Source: Schmidtea polychroa
Taxonomy: Eukaryota
Direction: 5' to 3'
DNA length: 60,000 bases
Assembly: GCA_044892525.1 (NCBI GenBank)
Contig: CM097885.1
Coordinates: forward strand, 235,354,001 to 235,414,000
A program made the translations under genes and the position numbers. This document shows positions 46,805 to 60,000 of the stretch, in pieces. The notes under the pieces are model-generated. The model had not been told where the DNA came from. It made no database searches and saw only the letters and a program-made list of their open reading frames with translations. How positions within the stretch are numbered: position 1 is the first letter of the stretch; every line of letters starts with the position of its first letter.

Positions 46805-49746
46805 CATGGCCCACACATCCTAAAGTGGACCCCCAGGCCAGGATTTTTGTGGGCCCCCAAACTATATACCGCTTGATGCTCTACAGGAATTAGGATAAAA
46901 TAGGGCGGATTAAATGACGGCAAGAAAGTAACATTAGAGATTTATGAAAAAATAAACTACAGTTTTTAGCTTTACATTTTAAAAAAACATAGACTGTGGT
47001 AAAAACTTACAATAATATCAAAAATTATCTCAAAGTAGACTATTTTCTAGCTTTTGTCAATGCAAAATTTTCAATTACATCATTAAAATCAACTTTCTTT
47101 GCTAAATCATTTTCGATACTTAAAATTGCTAGATGATTGAGTCGATCTTGACTAGTTGTGCTTCTTTGCCATGTTTTTAATGAATTTGCCAGCCTGCTGA
47201 ATGATCTTTCAGCTGAAGAAACCGTAACTGGTACGGTACAAAACAGTTTAATGGCGAGGCAGATATTAGCAAATATACCTTGCAGTTTTTTGTCATAAAT
47301 TGCATTCAGAAGTTTAATTGGACTTCTTTCAGTTCCGAAAACTGTTTTGTGAATACTTTTAAGGTGAAGGATTTCGTCTTCTGACAGATCTGTCTCAATG
47401 TTTTTACAAGCTTTGATGCTTTTGCGGTAAGTTGACTATCGCCTAAGTTCTGGAAGTTCAAAATGGGTGAGAATAATTCGCATATGGTGTCTGCTGCTTC
47501 AAATCTTTTCTTTAAATCATTGATAATATAATCCAATACTGGGTAAATACGAAAATTCTGAAACCTTGTTCAGTTTCTATAACGGTTTTTCTGTTTTCTC
47601 CAAATTGAGGTTGCACCCCCACTGCTTCAGCAACTATTTTTGCCTCTTGAAAAAAACTTTCACTCGTGTCACGGAAGTGCTGCATATCTTACGGTTCCAT
47701 GAATGTGCCCCGCAGGAAAAGAACAATGCACAGCTGTTTATTTCTAAGATGCGGGACTTAACACCTTTTATTTCGCCACGCATATTTGCCTTCATATCAT
47801 AGCCTTGCGAACGGCAATCTTCAGGAGGAATATTATTTTTTCCCAGGCTTGCAAGTATTTCTTTAGTTATTTTTTCTCCAGTTTTTCCAGTAAAGTTCAT
47901 GAACTCAATGAAACGTTCATTAACCTCAAATTGGCTTGAGTCCTGATTTAGGGATATGTATCTTAGAATTAGGATGTTCTGTTCATCGTGAGAAATATCC
48001 GGTGTTGCATCTACTATTATTCCGTAGAAAATTGAGTCTCTTCTTTGGTCTAAAATTGTTTGGAGAACTTTGTCTGCACAAAGGGCAATAAACTCGTTTT
48101 GAGAATTCCACGACAAATAATGTGTATGACCTTTCATACTTTTACCTTCCACCTGATTTTGTTGAACTTTGGCAAGATGTTGTTGTGTCACTTCATCATA
48201 CTTTCCAATCAATTCTAAAGTTCATAAGAAATTTCCATTATAAACATCTCCAATATGTGTGTTATCTCCCTGAAAAGCCAAACCTTTTGATGATAAAAAT
48301 AATGTTACATCTACAATCCGTTTCAGAAGTGCTTTCCAATAAGTTGTCTCACATTGAATTTGCTGTTGTAAATCTTTATCTATTCCATGTTCTTTTAATG
48401 TCTGCAATAAGAATTTCCATGATAAATAATGTTTTCTATGTGGAGCACTATTTTCGTGAGGAGGCAAAATATCATACATCATTTTCCAAGGTTTATTTCT
48501 AGGCGAAAATCCTTCTTGGGCAAAACTGCTTAAGTTTTTGCTAATTTGGTCACATAAAAAACGACATAGTAGACAGAAGAGAGCTTCTTTTGATGCACTC
48601 TATGTTAACCAATCTTGTGGAAAATGTTCTCTTGTTTTTTTATTTTTGGTTTTCATATAGAGTAAAGAATGTTGAAATTCTCTATCATTAAAATCTCTTG
48701 GCAATACCTTATAAATCTTTTGGAATTCTCGAAAGCTGACAGTTTGTACTATCTCTTGTCGCAGGTTATGCGAGATTACTTGGGGCCAAGTTCCAGGGTC
48801 ATCATGTTTTACTTCAGAGTTATTAATACAGTCTGCAACTGAAACATTGACTGCACCATGTTCTATCACAGCCGATCCTTCCTTAGAAATTGTTTCTTCA
48901 GTTGCAACTGGTTCACAAGAAACAGTTGCTTCTCCTTCGAATGGTTTTTGAACTTGTGAATCCTTTCGATAATGATTTTCTGCTTGGACTTCAATGTCAT
49001 ATCTATCATCATCACCACCTTGATCTGTATCGGGAGCTATGCTCTTTTCTTTGAAAAGTTTTGTTATGAACTGACGAACTTGTGATGCTTTTAATTCTTT
49101 CTCAGTTTTTAGTTTCCTCTTCTGAGCGCCAGATTTGTGTTTATAAATTAAATCAGATATAACCGTTTAATTTATTTTAATTTTTGATAACAAATGGTCA
49201 AATTATAAAAACAAACAAACATTAAAAATCACTAGCTGGTAGCATTGGAATAGGCTTCTCTATAAATAGAAAAAACATGTTTGTACAAATAAAAGAGAAG
49301 TATAACTTCTTTACTTGCATCATCATGTTGATGCATGTTCTGACGAAGTTCAAAGACACCTCCAGCCCGGAACTCGCTTGCTGTCGCATGCAGCGTTTTT
49401 AATTGTATTTGCAAATTTGAGCTTTAAATCAAAATACGATTGAATTTTTTTTAAATGTATCAACACAGACAAGTGTTTTCCATCGGCAATACGGCATATA
49501 TTAATGTCCGAATGGAGATAAATCACCAACACGATGATGAGAGGATTAGCGGAATAATATAATGTGCTTATAGCAAAATGCAGTAATTAATTTTAGTTGA
49601 TATGTACAAAACAAAAGTCAATATTTAATAAGTTTATTTCTGTCTTATGTTCATCTCATTTAGCTAACCGACCTGCCACGACGGACTCCATTAATCCCGG
49701 GCCCTAGGGCTAGAGCTTTGTCAGCCTCCCCCGTGTGGGGGCCATG
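46805..49746 (-). mobile_element. hAT DNA transposon (ZMYM1-like transposase), decayed
   Basis: 8-bp TSD GATTGAGG (46797-46804 / 49747-49754); imperfect TIR CATGGCCCACAC / GTGTGGGGGCCATG. Confidence 0.9.
47040..49145 (-). pseudogene. Fragmented hAT transposase
   Basis: Fragments with GLAFQG, GNFL, YLSWNSQNEFI, IIVDATPDISHDEQ, QGYD and C-terminal PVTVSSAERSFS; several stops and frameshifts. Confidence 0.88.
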
Positions 49747-50375
49747 GATTGAGGTCTCCACGTGTTGTCTTGTTTAGAAGTTCGCCTAACTGGTTAAGAC
49801 AAATTTTTTCAAGAAATGTTTCGATTACGTCGATTGATACCATCTTCCATAAAATGCATTATTTTGTTAATTTCTACCATGAAAAGCTACGCGAAGGGCT
49901 ACATCTTTAACCAAAATTTGAATTTCTGCTGGCAAGGCAATCGATCTGAATAATCATCGTGAATTTCGAACTAATTTTAATAAATAGAAACATGCCATGT
50001 TGGAACCGCATCAATATACCAAATGCTGGAATCGTTAAAAAGCATCCAACCGACATCAACCGAAAGTGAGCGAGTATTTTCTTTGGCTTTTCTTTCTATT
50101 TGGTTATTTGAATTTAATTGATACAATTTTATTATTAACCACTAGATTATGAAATTCGTTAAAAGGACAAAAAATTAACTAAGACATTTTATGTTAAAAT
50201 TTATTAATCAAAACAAGATTTTACTAAAAATTACCTTTTTGGAAGATTGTTTTCTCTTCAAATTTTCATTCCAATAATATCTAGTTTGCCAGTAAGATAG
50301 TGAGGTCGTCGTAGACCACGAGGAATTTCTGTGGATTAAGGGACGTCATTATCAAAATAATTATCAAGCAATTTA

Positions 50376-50480
50376 TTAATTTAAAATTATCTTTTCAAGT
50401 TTTGGATAGCATGAAAATAACCGATCCGCTAATAATTCCTGAGTTTATCTGAATTGAAGACGATTAAATCGGCATAGTCT
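50376..50480 (-). pseudogene. Deleted fragment of the kinase 3' end
   Basis: TTTTGGATAGCATGAAAATAACCGATCCGCTAATAATTCCTGAGTT matches 43944-43990, followed by deletions. Confidence 0.75.
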
Positions 50481-50715
50481 GATCAAACAGTTCTTTCAAC
50501 TAACAATTGCTCCATGGAGAATTGCCGCTAATCATATGACCGGAAAATATATATGTAAAATTGGAAATAAAAAATGTCGTTTCATCAACCCTTTTAGCAA
50601 TCATAATCTCAATTGATTAAAACAAATAAAATTGAGTAAATAAACAAAGTTTGCATTAACAATTTAAAACTAATAATTAAATTCAAAAATCAAAATTTAA
50701 AAATCAAAATTTTTA

Positions 50716-51735
50716 TTAATATAAAATAATCTTTTCAGGTTTTGGATAGCATGAAAATAACCGATCCGCTAATAATTCCTGAGTTGTAGCTCGTTTATCC
50801 GAATTAAGGACGATCATAGTTTCAATTAAATCGGCATAGTCGTTATCACCTATATTTTCTTCTAAAATGTACCTTAACCAACTTATATCTTGAAAATATT
50901 TATATTTAGAACTATGGTAACATGTATATCTCTCTGGCCAATCATTTGGATCCGGATTTCCACACAAGTTGAATATCAAATTCAATTGGTTAGTTAGATC
51001 TTTACCGTTAAACAAATGAACCTTCGCAAATATTTCATAAAATACACATCCTAAACTCCAAATGTCTACGGAATGTGTATAGTTCGTCTCGCCAAATAAT
51101 ATTTCAGGCGATGCGTATTTTAATGTCCCAACTCGCTTTGATTGCGGTTGACTTTGAAATCTTTCTATTAAATCTACCATTCCAAAATCTGCAAGTTTAA
51201 TTACTCCGTGTCTGTTTATCAAAATATTTTCTAATTTAATATCTCGATGTATGTAACCTTTCTTGTGTAAATGATGAAGACCTTTCAAACATTGCTCCAT
51301 AATGGATTTAATATTTGCAACAGTAAGTATAACACATCTGTTGTTTAATAATTTGAGTAAATCATATTCACAGTACTCAAAAATTAAAAAATAATTAAAT
51401 TCAAAGAAACCGTTTACAATGTTTTGTTTAAGGCATACTTCTTTTAAACAAATAATGTTTTCATGAGTGACTGATTTTAAAGTTTTCACTTCATTTAAAG
51501 AAGACAAGGGAAAACTTTGTAAATTTTCAAGGGGTTTTAATTTTTTAATCGCATATACTTTTTTAGTGAACTTGTCGTATGCCTTATAAACAACCCCATA
51601 TGTTCCTTCACCTAACATTGAAATCTTTTCATATTTATCTATATTTTGAAATCCTTTAGGATGACAATCATGGAATGCATTCTTTAATAAACATTTAGAT
51701 TTGGTAATCACATTATCAAATTGATTCGAATACAT
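50716..51735 (-). CDS. Intronless CDK-like kinase, second copy
   Basis: 339 aa; two M/I differences from 43921-44940. Confidence 0.88.
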   Translation of the reverse strand: MYSNQFDNVITKSKCLLKNAFHDCHPKGFQNIDKYEKISMLGEGTYGVVYKAYDKFTKKVYAIKKLKPLENLQSFPLSSLNEVKTLKSVTHENIICLKEVCLKQNIVNGFFEFNYFLIFEYCEYDLLKLLNNRCVILTVANIKSIMEQCLKGLHHLHKKGYIHRDIKLENILINRHGVIKLADFGMVDLIERFQSQPQSKRVGTLKYASPEILFGETNYTHSVDIWSLGCVFYEIFAKVHLFNGKDLTNQLNLIFNLCGNPDPNDWPERYTCYHSSKYKYFQDISWLRYILEENIGDNDYADLIETMIVLNSDKRATTQELLADRLFSCYPKPEKIILY

Positions 51736-53138
51736 AATACTTATTATTGTCTTTAAATATATATTTATAATATTTTATCAATGTACAATTATAATTATAT
51801 TCTCTAGTTTAATTGAAAAGGATTGGTTAAAATTTTATTTAATAACATTTAAAATGTTTTTGTAAGATAAACAGATTTTTAAATTAATAAATATTAATTA
51901 ATATTATTAATATTATATTAATAAATAATAAATATTAAAATTTTATTTAATAATATTTAGAAAGTTTTTGTAAGATAAACAGATTTTTAAAATTAATAAA
52001 TATTAATTTAAAACATGAAAAATAAAATTTTAATATAGTTTAAAATATTGTTAAGATCAAACGTTTCTTTTATTGACATCATTTCGTCAGATCATTAAAA
52101 TATTTTCCATCTTCAAACCCATTATTTAGAATAAATTTTCAGAAATTAATAGGATGCATAATAAGTATCAAAGTCGTTTTATAAAAAAGTGTTGAGTTGT
52201 AATTATTGTTCGATCTAACTCCATGTGTTTTCGATCAGAATAATAACTCAAAACAATAAGTTTTTATTATCACCACAAATTACAATCATTCAAATTTCCA
52301 CCGACACCATTGATCTTTGTTTGATAAGAAAAATAATCTGACTAAGCTCTAAAAAATCTCTATTTTCTCAGAACGACCTAACTTGTCGTTTACTATTTTT
52401 TACTCAAATTTTATCTTCGACCAGTATGACAATTTCACAAAGGTTTTGGTTACTTTTATTATGCTCCCCTCTTAACAATTACTTCCAAATTGAATTAGTT
52501 GTTAACAATGAGGTGAAAAATATGAACTCTGAATATTGTTGGGCAAAATCTGACTCTAGGCCCATGCATAAGTAACGTGTCGAAATGCGTCGGAAAATAA
52601 CACGCAAACATAGAAGTAAGCCGAGTTAAATTAGGAACACGTTAAAACAAAAAATAAGCATAACTAATAGAATCCACATAATAACAAAGTAATAAACCCA
52701 GGTTTAAAGAAAAATCAAACAAAAGCAAGAAGTAATACACGAAACAAACTCAAACACAACCTAAATACATAAAATAAGTAAGCAAATTTGAATTAATGGT
52801 GATAAGGAGAGGTAGGATTGGAAATTAGAAAGATTTCCACAAAATAACATCAGAAAAAATAAATTAGAGATAAAAATTACAATAGAAATAAATAGAAAAC
52901 TAGAATAATCCTTAAAAATGGCGAAATCCATCATGGCCGCCCAGTAATTTAGCAAAGTTAACTAAAAAATAAAATAAAATATAAAATTTAGAAAATAAAA
53001 TAAATAGTAATTTACGAAAATACGCCAGCAAAGTTGATAAAATTGAAATCCAAAATTAAGTAGAATTAAAATAATTCAAATTTGTTATACTGAATTTATG
53101 TACGCACACATACTCACACACTAAAATTAGGGTATATA

Positions 53139-53985
53139 CACCAAACACCACTGAGATACATTCTCTATAGTAGTGGTTGGCTTGTAGAGCAATTGATCAC
53201 TCACCAATTTAATGAATTTCTCATCATGATTTCTCATCATATTTTGGAAATTTATTTTAACCATTTTACAAATGGCTTTCAGGTAAGATGTTAAATTTTA
53301 AATTTTATAACTTGAATTTTGATCCATATAGATGTGAGATAATTATTCAAGTTCTTAAATATTACTTTTAATCAACAGCATAATTATAAATTATTTTTAA
53401 TTAATTTTTTGGCGTTTTTAGGAATTTTATGGCATTTATCTTTAAGTAATGTCAGTCAGATATATTTTTAATTATAATTAAATAAATTAATCACCAAAAA
53501 TATGTATTTTTCAAAAACATTTTGGGAAAAATCGTAGAATATGAATAAAATAATTTTTTTATTTTTGTAATTTTTTTTGCTGAGCTCAAAATGAAGGGCT
53601 TCTTTCAGGAAATCAAATCTGGATTGAAAAGACATTGAACCAAATCCATCTGCTCTTCATATTTTTGTTAAAAATATATTTTTAAAAATTTTTAGCTATC
53701 TTTTTTTTTCTAAAAATTGTCTTAATTAAAGTCATTATAGAAACGTACCTCAGCGGTGCATTTCTACGAATCAAAAATTTGTATGTGTTTTTAGTATGTG
53801 TGACGCTTGTGTGCAGTTTTTAATTTTTCTTCCACTTTTCAGATTTCTATAGTATAAGATGTATCTCACTGAACTATAAATGAGAACATCAACGTGAAAT
53901 CAAAGTAAGTATGTATGTTTCTATAATGTATGATTATTGATTTATTTCTTATATTATAGGAAACGGTTCTCAGTGGTGTTTGGTG
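53139..53985. mobile_element. TA-flanked MITE-like element, second copy
   Basis: TIR CACCAAACACCACTGAGA / TCTCAGTGGTGTTTGGTG; collinear with 26238-27137. Confidence 0.7.
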
Positions 53986-55908
53986 TATACCGACGCATTT
54001 CGGTCACAAATTTAATGATTTTATGCCAACTTGGTGTCCAGAAAATAGAGAGTAAGCGGAAATTTTGTTTATTTTTATTGTTATGTAACTTCATAAGAAA
54101 TACAGTGATGAACATAATTGTCATTTTTTTATAATAATGTAATAAACTCATAGCGCTTATCGCCGACATAGCTAAATCACACTTAACTACAAAGATTATA
54201 AGACACTAAGAGCTCTTTTCCCTAATGTCCAGTGTGTTAGGGGTACTTAAAATATCACAAGAATCATTAATATATTTACTGATTCATAGTCAACATTGGT
54301 ATACATCGAATTCCGAAAGTTAACATTGTTTATAATGTACGTTGGTGTGCTCACCAGTTGAGGTGAGTGAAAATGATTACTTAACTTCATTTTTGAAAAA
54401 TCGTTTTCAGGTAAGTTTTATAATTTTAAGTAAATTTAAAGACTTGAATTTTGATTTTATATAATTATGAGATCATTATTCAAACTCTTAAATATTACTT
54501 GTAGTCAGTATTTATAATATAAAATATTGATAATTAAATTTCAGGTGTTTTTTAGGAATTTTATGACATTTTATGCATTTATTTGGAATTATTTCGCTAA
54601 AATGTAAGTTAGATATATTTTTAACTATAAATAAATAAAGTAATCACCAAATACATTTATTTTTTAAGACATTTAGGAAAGAAGCGGCGTATATGGATAA
54701 AATAGCTTCTTTTTCTTTTGGTGAATTCTGCATATTTTTTATATTTATAAATTATTGAAATAATCGAATTTTTGGGGATTCCAAGTAATCTATTTTCTGT
54801 AATTCTATGAAAATATTAATTTGCTAAAATAATTTATTAAAATTTACGATTTGCGATTTTTTCCTGCAAATTCAAAGTTGTCAAAGGACCTTTTTCAATA
54901 TTTCTTCACAAATACCTTCACACTGTAAAATATTTTAAAGTTTTATATTCTAATGAATAAATCTTATATTGCCAGATTTTCACCTTCGCAAATATCTGTA
55001 AATCTAAAGAAAGTTTATATTCTAAATTATTTTATAATTAAATTTTACGACGTATTTTCTTCTTTTTTTCTGAAGCTGATTCTGAAGCTGAATCTGATTC
55101 AAAAGTTTTTTTGTGCATAATATTTTAATAATATGAAATTATTAATATGTTAACAATATGTTAATCAATGTTTAATTTCGGGGAAAAACGCTATATTATT
55201 TTTGCATGCATTTTTCATTATGTGTTTTGGTTTGTATGTTTAATTATCTTTCTGTCACTTTTATGACTCGTATACACCTAATTCCGAAATTTAATAACTT
55301 CTATAATCTAAAAAAAAATCAATAAATATATATTATAGGAACACACAAACTTACCTGTGTGTAGAAATTTATCATTCCGAAATTTAGTAACTTTATTATA
55401 GGTTTTATGAAGGTGAGAAAAAAATAACTGAACACACCAACACAAAACACATAATGAAAAATACATGCAAAATTCTTATATAGGTTTTTGTTCCGAATCA
55501 AATAACTGTTAACATATTGTTAACATATAATTATTTTAAAATTATTAAAAAATGGAAGAAAATAATTTAAATTTAGATTCCGTCAGCTCTACCTTGAGCT
55601 TTAGGGAAAAGGAAGAAAATACAATGTAAGTTTTATTCATTAAATTACAAAACATTAAAATATTTTATAGTATGTGTGAAGGCATCATTTCAAATATTGA
55701 AGGTCCTTCGAGATCTTTTGATTTACAGAAAGAAATTCGCAAATCGTAAATTTAAATAAATTATTTTAATAAATTAATATTGTGATAGATATACAGAAAA
55801 TGACTAAATATCTTAAAAAAATTAATGTGTTTGGTGATTAAATTTATTTATTTATAAATATAAAAATATCTAACTTACATTTTAGCGAAATAATTCCATA
55901 TTATAATG

Positions 55909-58562
55909 CAGGGGTGGCAAAACTTTCAAGTCTTGCGGGTGACTTTTAACTAAATTAAATCTGGCGGTCTACCAGAAAAACTATTTTCAATTGTTACCTG
56001 TAGTTATTCTATTTATTCTATTTAAATACAAAACGAATTAGAAAAAAACTTATAATACTTTACTAGAACGTAAACATATCTTAATATAATATTATTTACT
56101 GCTACTACTTGCACCTGATACGTGGCACTGCATCTTATCAGCAAATTCTTCGTATTTCGGGCAATAGGAGCTTATGGCGATCCGCAAGCATGATTCCAAA
56201 TGATCATCTGTCAAACAAGATCGATGTTTTGTTTTAATGACATTCATTGAAGAAAAGGCTGATTCACAAAGATAGGTGGATCCAAAAAATGCGGACATAT
56301 ATCCAACTACTCTCCGCAAAATTGGATATTTTTCTTCTGAAATAAGATTCCAAAAATTATCTTCGGTTGTAGCTCTTGATTTTAAGTAAATGTCGCTTTT
56401 CAACGCTATTATCTCATCTTCTAAGCAAGCTGAATCTGAATCCAGAAATTCATTAATCTGAGTAGCGATCTCCTCTGTATCAAGAACATCATTAAACGGG
56501 AATGACATGAACATAGCAATATTTGCAATTTTAGATAAATCTGCGAAACGTGTGTTAAATTCATTTAAAAGGGTAGTAATTTGATTTGTATATTTATCGT
56601 AAAGAATTCCTGGCGCATTTTTGGATTCTTCTTCCATGTTTTTAAAATGTTTCAAATCACCCCGTTATAGTTGACGCACAAACAAGGACAGTTTCTCTTT
56701 AAACGTCTTTACTGCCGTTATCATGTCAAGAATTGATTTGTGTCTCCCCTGAAGCTGTAAATTTAATTTATTCAGGTGCTCTGTAATGTCGCAAAGAAAA
56801 ACAAGATTTATCAGCCAACTTTTATCCTCCAGTTCGGGATATAATTCTTCTCTTCCAGTCAAAAACTGTTTTATTCCGGGCAAAAGATCTCTAAATCGTT
56901 TTAAAAATGCTGCACGGCTAATCCATCTTACATCCGTGTGTAACAATAATTCAGTATTTTCAATTTCACATTGTTCAAGCAAAGTTCGAAATTGACGTCG
57001 TTGTAGACTTCTTGCACGTATCGAATTTACTATTTTAAACGCAATATTCATTACATAGTTAGAGTTCAACACTTTGGAGCATAAGGTTTGCTGGTGGATA
57101 ATGCAATGATACGAATGAAAACTGGGAATTTCTTCATCATTTTTGCAAAGTGTTACAAATCCGACATGTTTTCCGATCATAGACGGAGCTCCATCCGTGG
57201 TAATTGATACCAACTTGTGAATCGGGAAATGGGTGCGACTTATAAAAGACTTGAATAAATTGTAAATATCTTGACCCCTTGTTTGTCCTTTCATTGGAAG
57301 AATTGTCAATACTTCTTCTCTGGTTGACATATCATCAAAAACCATTCGAATGAAGATGCATAGTTGCGCAGTATCAGTGAAATCTGTAGATTCATCAAAT
57401 TGCAAAGAGAAAAAGCGGCATTTTCGAATATCTTGCCGCAAAATATCTTCCAAGTTTTTGCTAATGTCCACCATTCTTTGCGTGCTAGTATTGCGCGTCA
57501 ATGACATATTGTTGATACAATCCATTATTTCGGATTTATTTTTAAAATCTTTGAATAACACCTCACCAGCTTCAACAAACGCCTGTTTCCATATTTCGCC
57601 ATCTCCAAAAGGTTTTTTATGTTTCATCAAAATATTAACTACCTTGAATAATGCTAGGGTAGCTGTTTTTGATTTTGAGTTAAATTTCGTAAAAAAGGTT
57701 TGTTGTGCACCTAATTGAGACTTTAACTGCTTGACTTTGTCTTTTCGTACCTCGGAATGTAATGGAAAGTCAATTTCATACTGTTTGTGCACTGTTCGAT
57801 AATGTCGTTCAACGTTAGCTCTTTTAGGTAGTGCTACGTTTGAATTACAAATGAGACAAACAGACTTATCTTTCATCATTATGAAAAAAAATTCCTGTTC
57901 CCATTCAATATTATAATGGTACGTTTTAGTTTTTTTGGCCGGTTTTGTCATTGGGGCTAAAACAAGAAAATAATAAAAGCTAAAATAAATTAAATATGAA
58001 AATTAATGTTAAACACACTTACATACTCAAAAATTAAAAATGTTAACTTTTATAAAGAATTTTTTTTAATAAAAAAATTTTGAAATTAATATTATAAGCA
58101 GGTATTATTCAATACTGAATACTTCAAGCTTTCAAATTTTTCTAACGAAAACAATTTGATTTCAAAATTGAAATAGACAAACACACGTTTGTTGTATTTT
58201 ATTTTGGTTGTTTTTTATTTTTTTATTCCTTATCGAAGATTGTAGCGTCAATGTTTTGCTTTTATTTTATGGCCTACTTGTTCAAACACATGAAATTTAT
58301 TCTGATTATTAGCTAACTGTATATATTTGAATTTCAAACTAAAAATTTACTACACTCTGAGTGTTATCTGACTAATATTATGTTTCTTATTGGAATTTTT
58401 TTGTCATATGAATTGAAACTTATTTTAAATATGTTTATAAAGTTAGAAATTCAATAAATAAAAAACTGATTTTTATATGCAATTTTCCATAGTGCTAGCG
58501 GGCTACTTTCGATAGCTACGCGGTCGACCAGTCGACCGCGGTCGACGCTTTTGCCAGCCCTG
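55909..58562 (-). mobile_element. hAT (Buster/SPIN/GTF2IRD2-like) DNA transposon
   Basis: 8-bp TSD TTATAATG (55901-55908 / 58563-58570); TIR CAGGGGTGGCAAAA / TTTTGCCAGCCCTG. Confidence 0.93.
56092..57951 (-). pseudogene. hAT transposase with a single in-frame stop at 56665-56667
   Basis: CLIC..RHY..VH finger, FSLQFDESTD, ITTDGAPSM, HCIIHQ, VRWISR, FGSTYLCESAFS; both ORFs are in the same frame (RQL*RGDLKHF). Confidence 0.9.
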
Positions 58563-59510
58563 TTATAATGCATAAAATATCATAAATTTCCTAAAATACA
58601 CCTGAAATTTAATTATTAATATATTATATTATAAATGACTAACAGTAATATTTAAGAACGTGAATAATGATCTCATAATTATATAAGATCAAAATTCAAG
58701 TCTTAAAATATACTTGAAATTAAAAAAATTACCTGAAAACCATTTTTGTTGCTAATAAATTATAGAATAAATGAAATTGAGTAACTTCATTTTCACGTAA
58801 ATGGTGACTCACTCAACTGGTGTGCACACCAACCTGAATTATAGAGGTTACTCAATTTCGAAATTGGGTGTAATAAATATGTTAACTGTCGAAGCATTAA
58901 ATTTTTACACATATGTAAGTTTGTGTGTTCCTATAATATAAATTTATTGATTTGTTTTAGATTATAGACTATGTTAACTTTCGGAATTAGATGTATGATT
59001 TATGTGTTCTATAAATATAATTGCTATTTTTCTAGCATAAATCAAAATGAGTTGACAATCATTAACAAGTAACACTAAACCAAAGATAACTAACATGCAA
59101 AATATGACTGAAAAGGAACATAGAATCGAAACATAAGGTTGTTTTGAAGATAAAAGTAATGATAATTTTGCAGTTGAAAATAGTTCAAAAAAGGAAGAAA
59201 AAAGGAATGAAGAAAACTTGTTATCTACAAGTTGTATAACTTACCGTACTGACGAAAACGATGAAAATCAACCGCCATCTCTTCTTGAGGACGACGATAA
59301 CACTTCTGTTATTTGGTATGACGTATATTACTCCCATTTGAGATATGATATTCAATTTACTGGAAAGAAACGATTTAATAATCATCCAGAAGCTAAGTTC
59401 TAATTTTGGTATGGTACAAATGATGTGTCTAATTTTAGTGCTCCTCATCAATAGACAGATGAACAATTGTTAGATTGGACAGATGCTACCCCTTGGTTTC
59501 CGTGTATATG

Positions 59511-59679
<169 letters not shown>

Positions 59680-59827
59680 CAAAATCACTTGAAAAAAGCC
59701 GTATCGAAAATCCGTGAATATAAAAAAAGCATCGATATATTTACTTATTCATAGTCAAACTTTTTAATAAATACAATGTCAATGGAAAAGAAATCAGTGG
59801 TGAAAATTGAAAAAGTTCTTATAATAC

Positions 59828-59867
<40 letters not shown>

Positions 59868-60000
59868 TAGTTACGAACAGATTATAATACCAAAGACATA
59901 AATTTTTTTATTAGTAGTCAGGAACCCGGAAAGAAAAATCAAATGGGACTAGTTTTTGCAACTGAGCTCATTTGCCCATTAGTTTTGAATCACTTTATAC

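Overview
AT-rich eukaryotic (probably invertebrate) DNA dominated by Polinton/Maverick (adintovirus-like) sequences. (A) 1-12977 is a Polinton with its left end outside the window. It carries pPolB (frameshifted), gasderminX-like, fibre-like, minor capsid, adenain protease, core-like, A32 ATPase, PLA2-integrase fusion and major capsid genes, and ends in a TIR with an ACTACT terminus. (B) 12978-23754 is an inverted, internally deleted near-identical copy (x maps to 21154-x). Both carry subterminal tRNA-like Pol III-type units. (C) 29158-42433 is a 13.3-kb almost perfect palindrome with AGTAGT...ACTACT termini and a 6-bp TSD (TACACT). Its only recognisable gene is a second, divergent pPolB, one copy per arm, predicted to be intact (1236 aa) after removal of six short phase-1 GT-AG introns. 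A 1.2-kb AGTAGT/ACTACT-bounded mini-element sits at its centre. The rest holds two intronless CDK-like kinase copies, two hAT transposons with 8-bp TSDs, MITEs and TA microsatellites. All calls come from reading the sequence by eye; no database searches were run.
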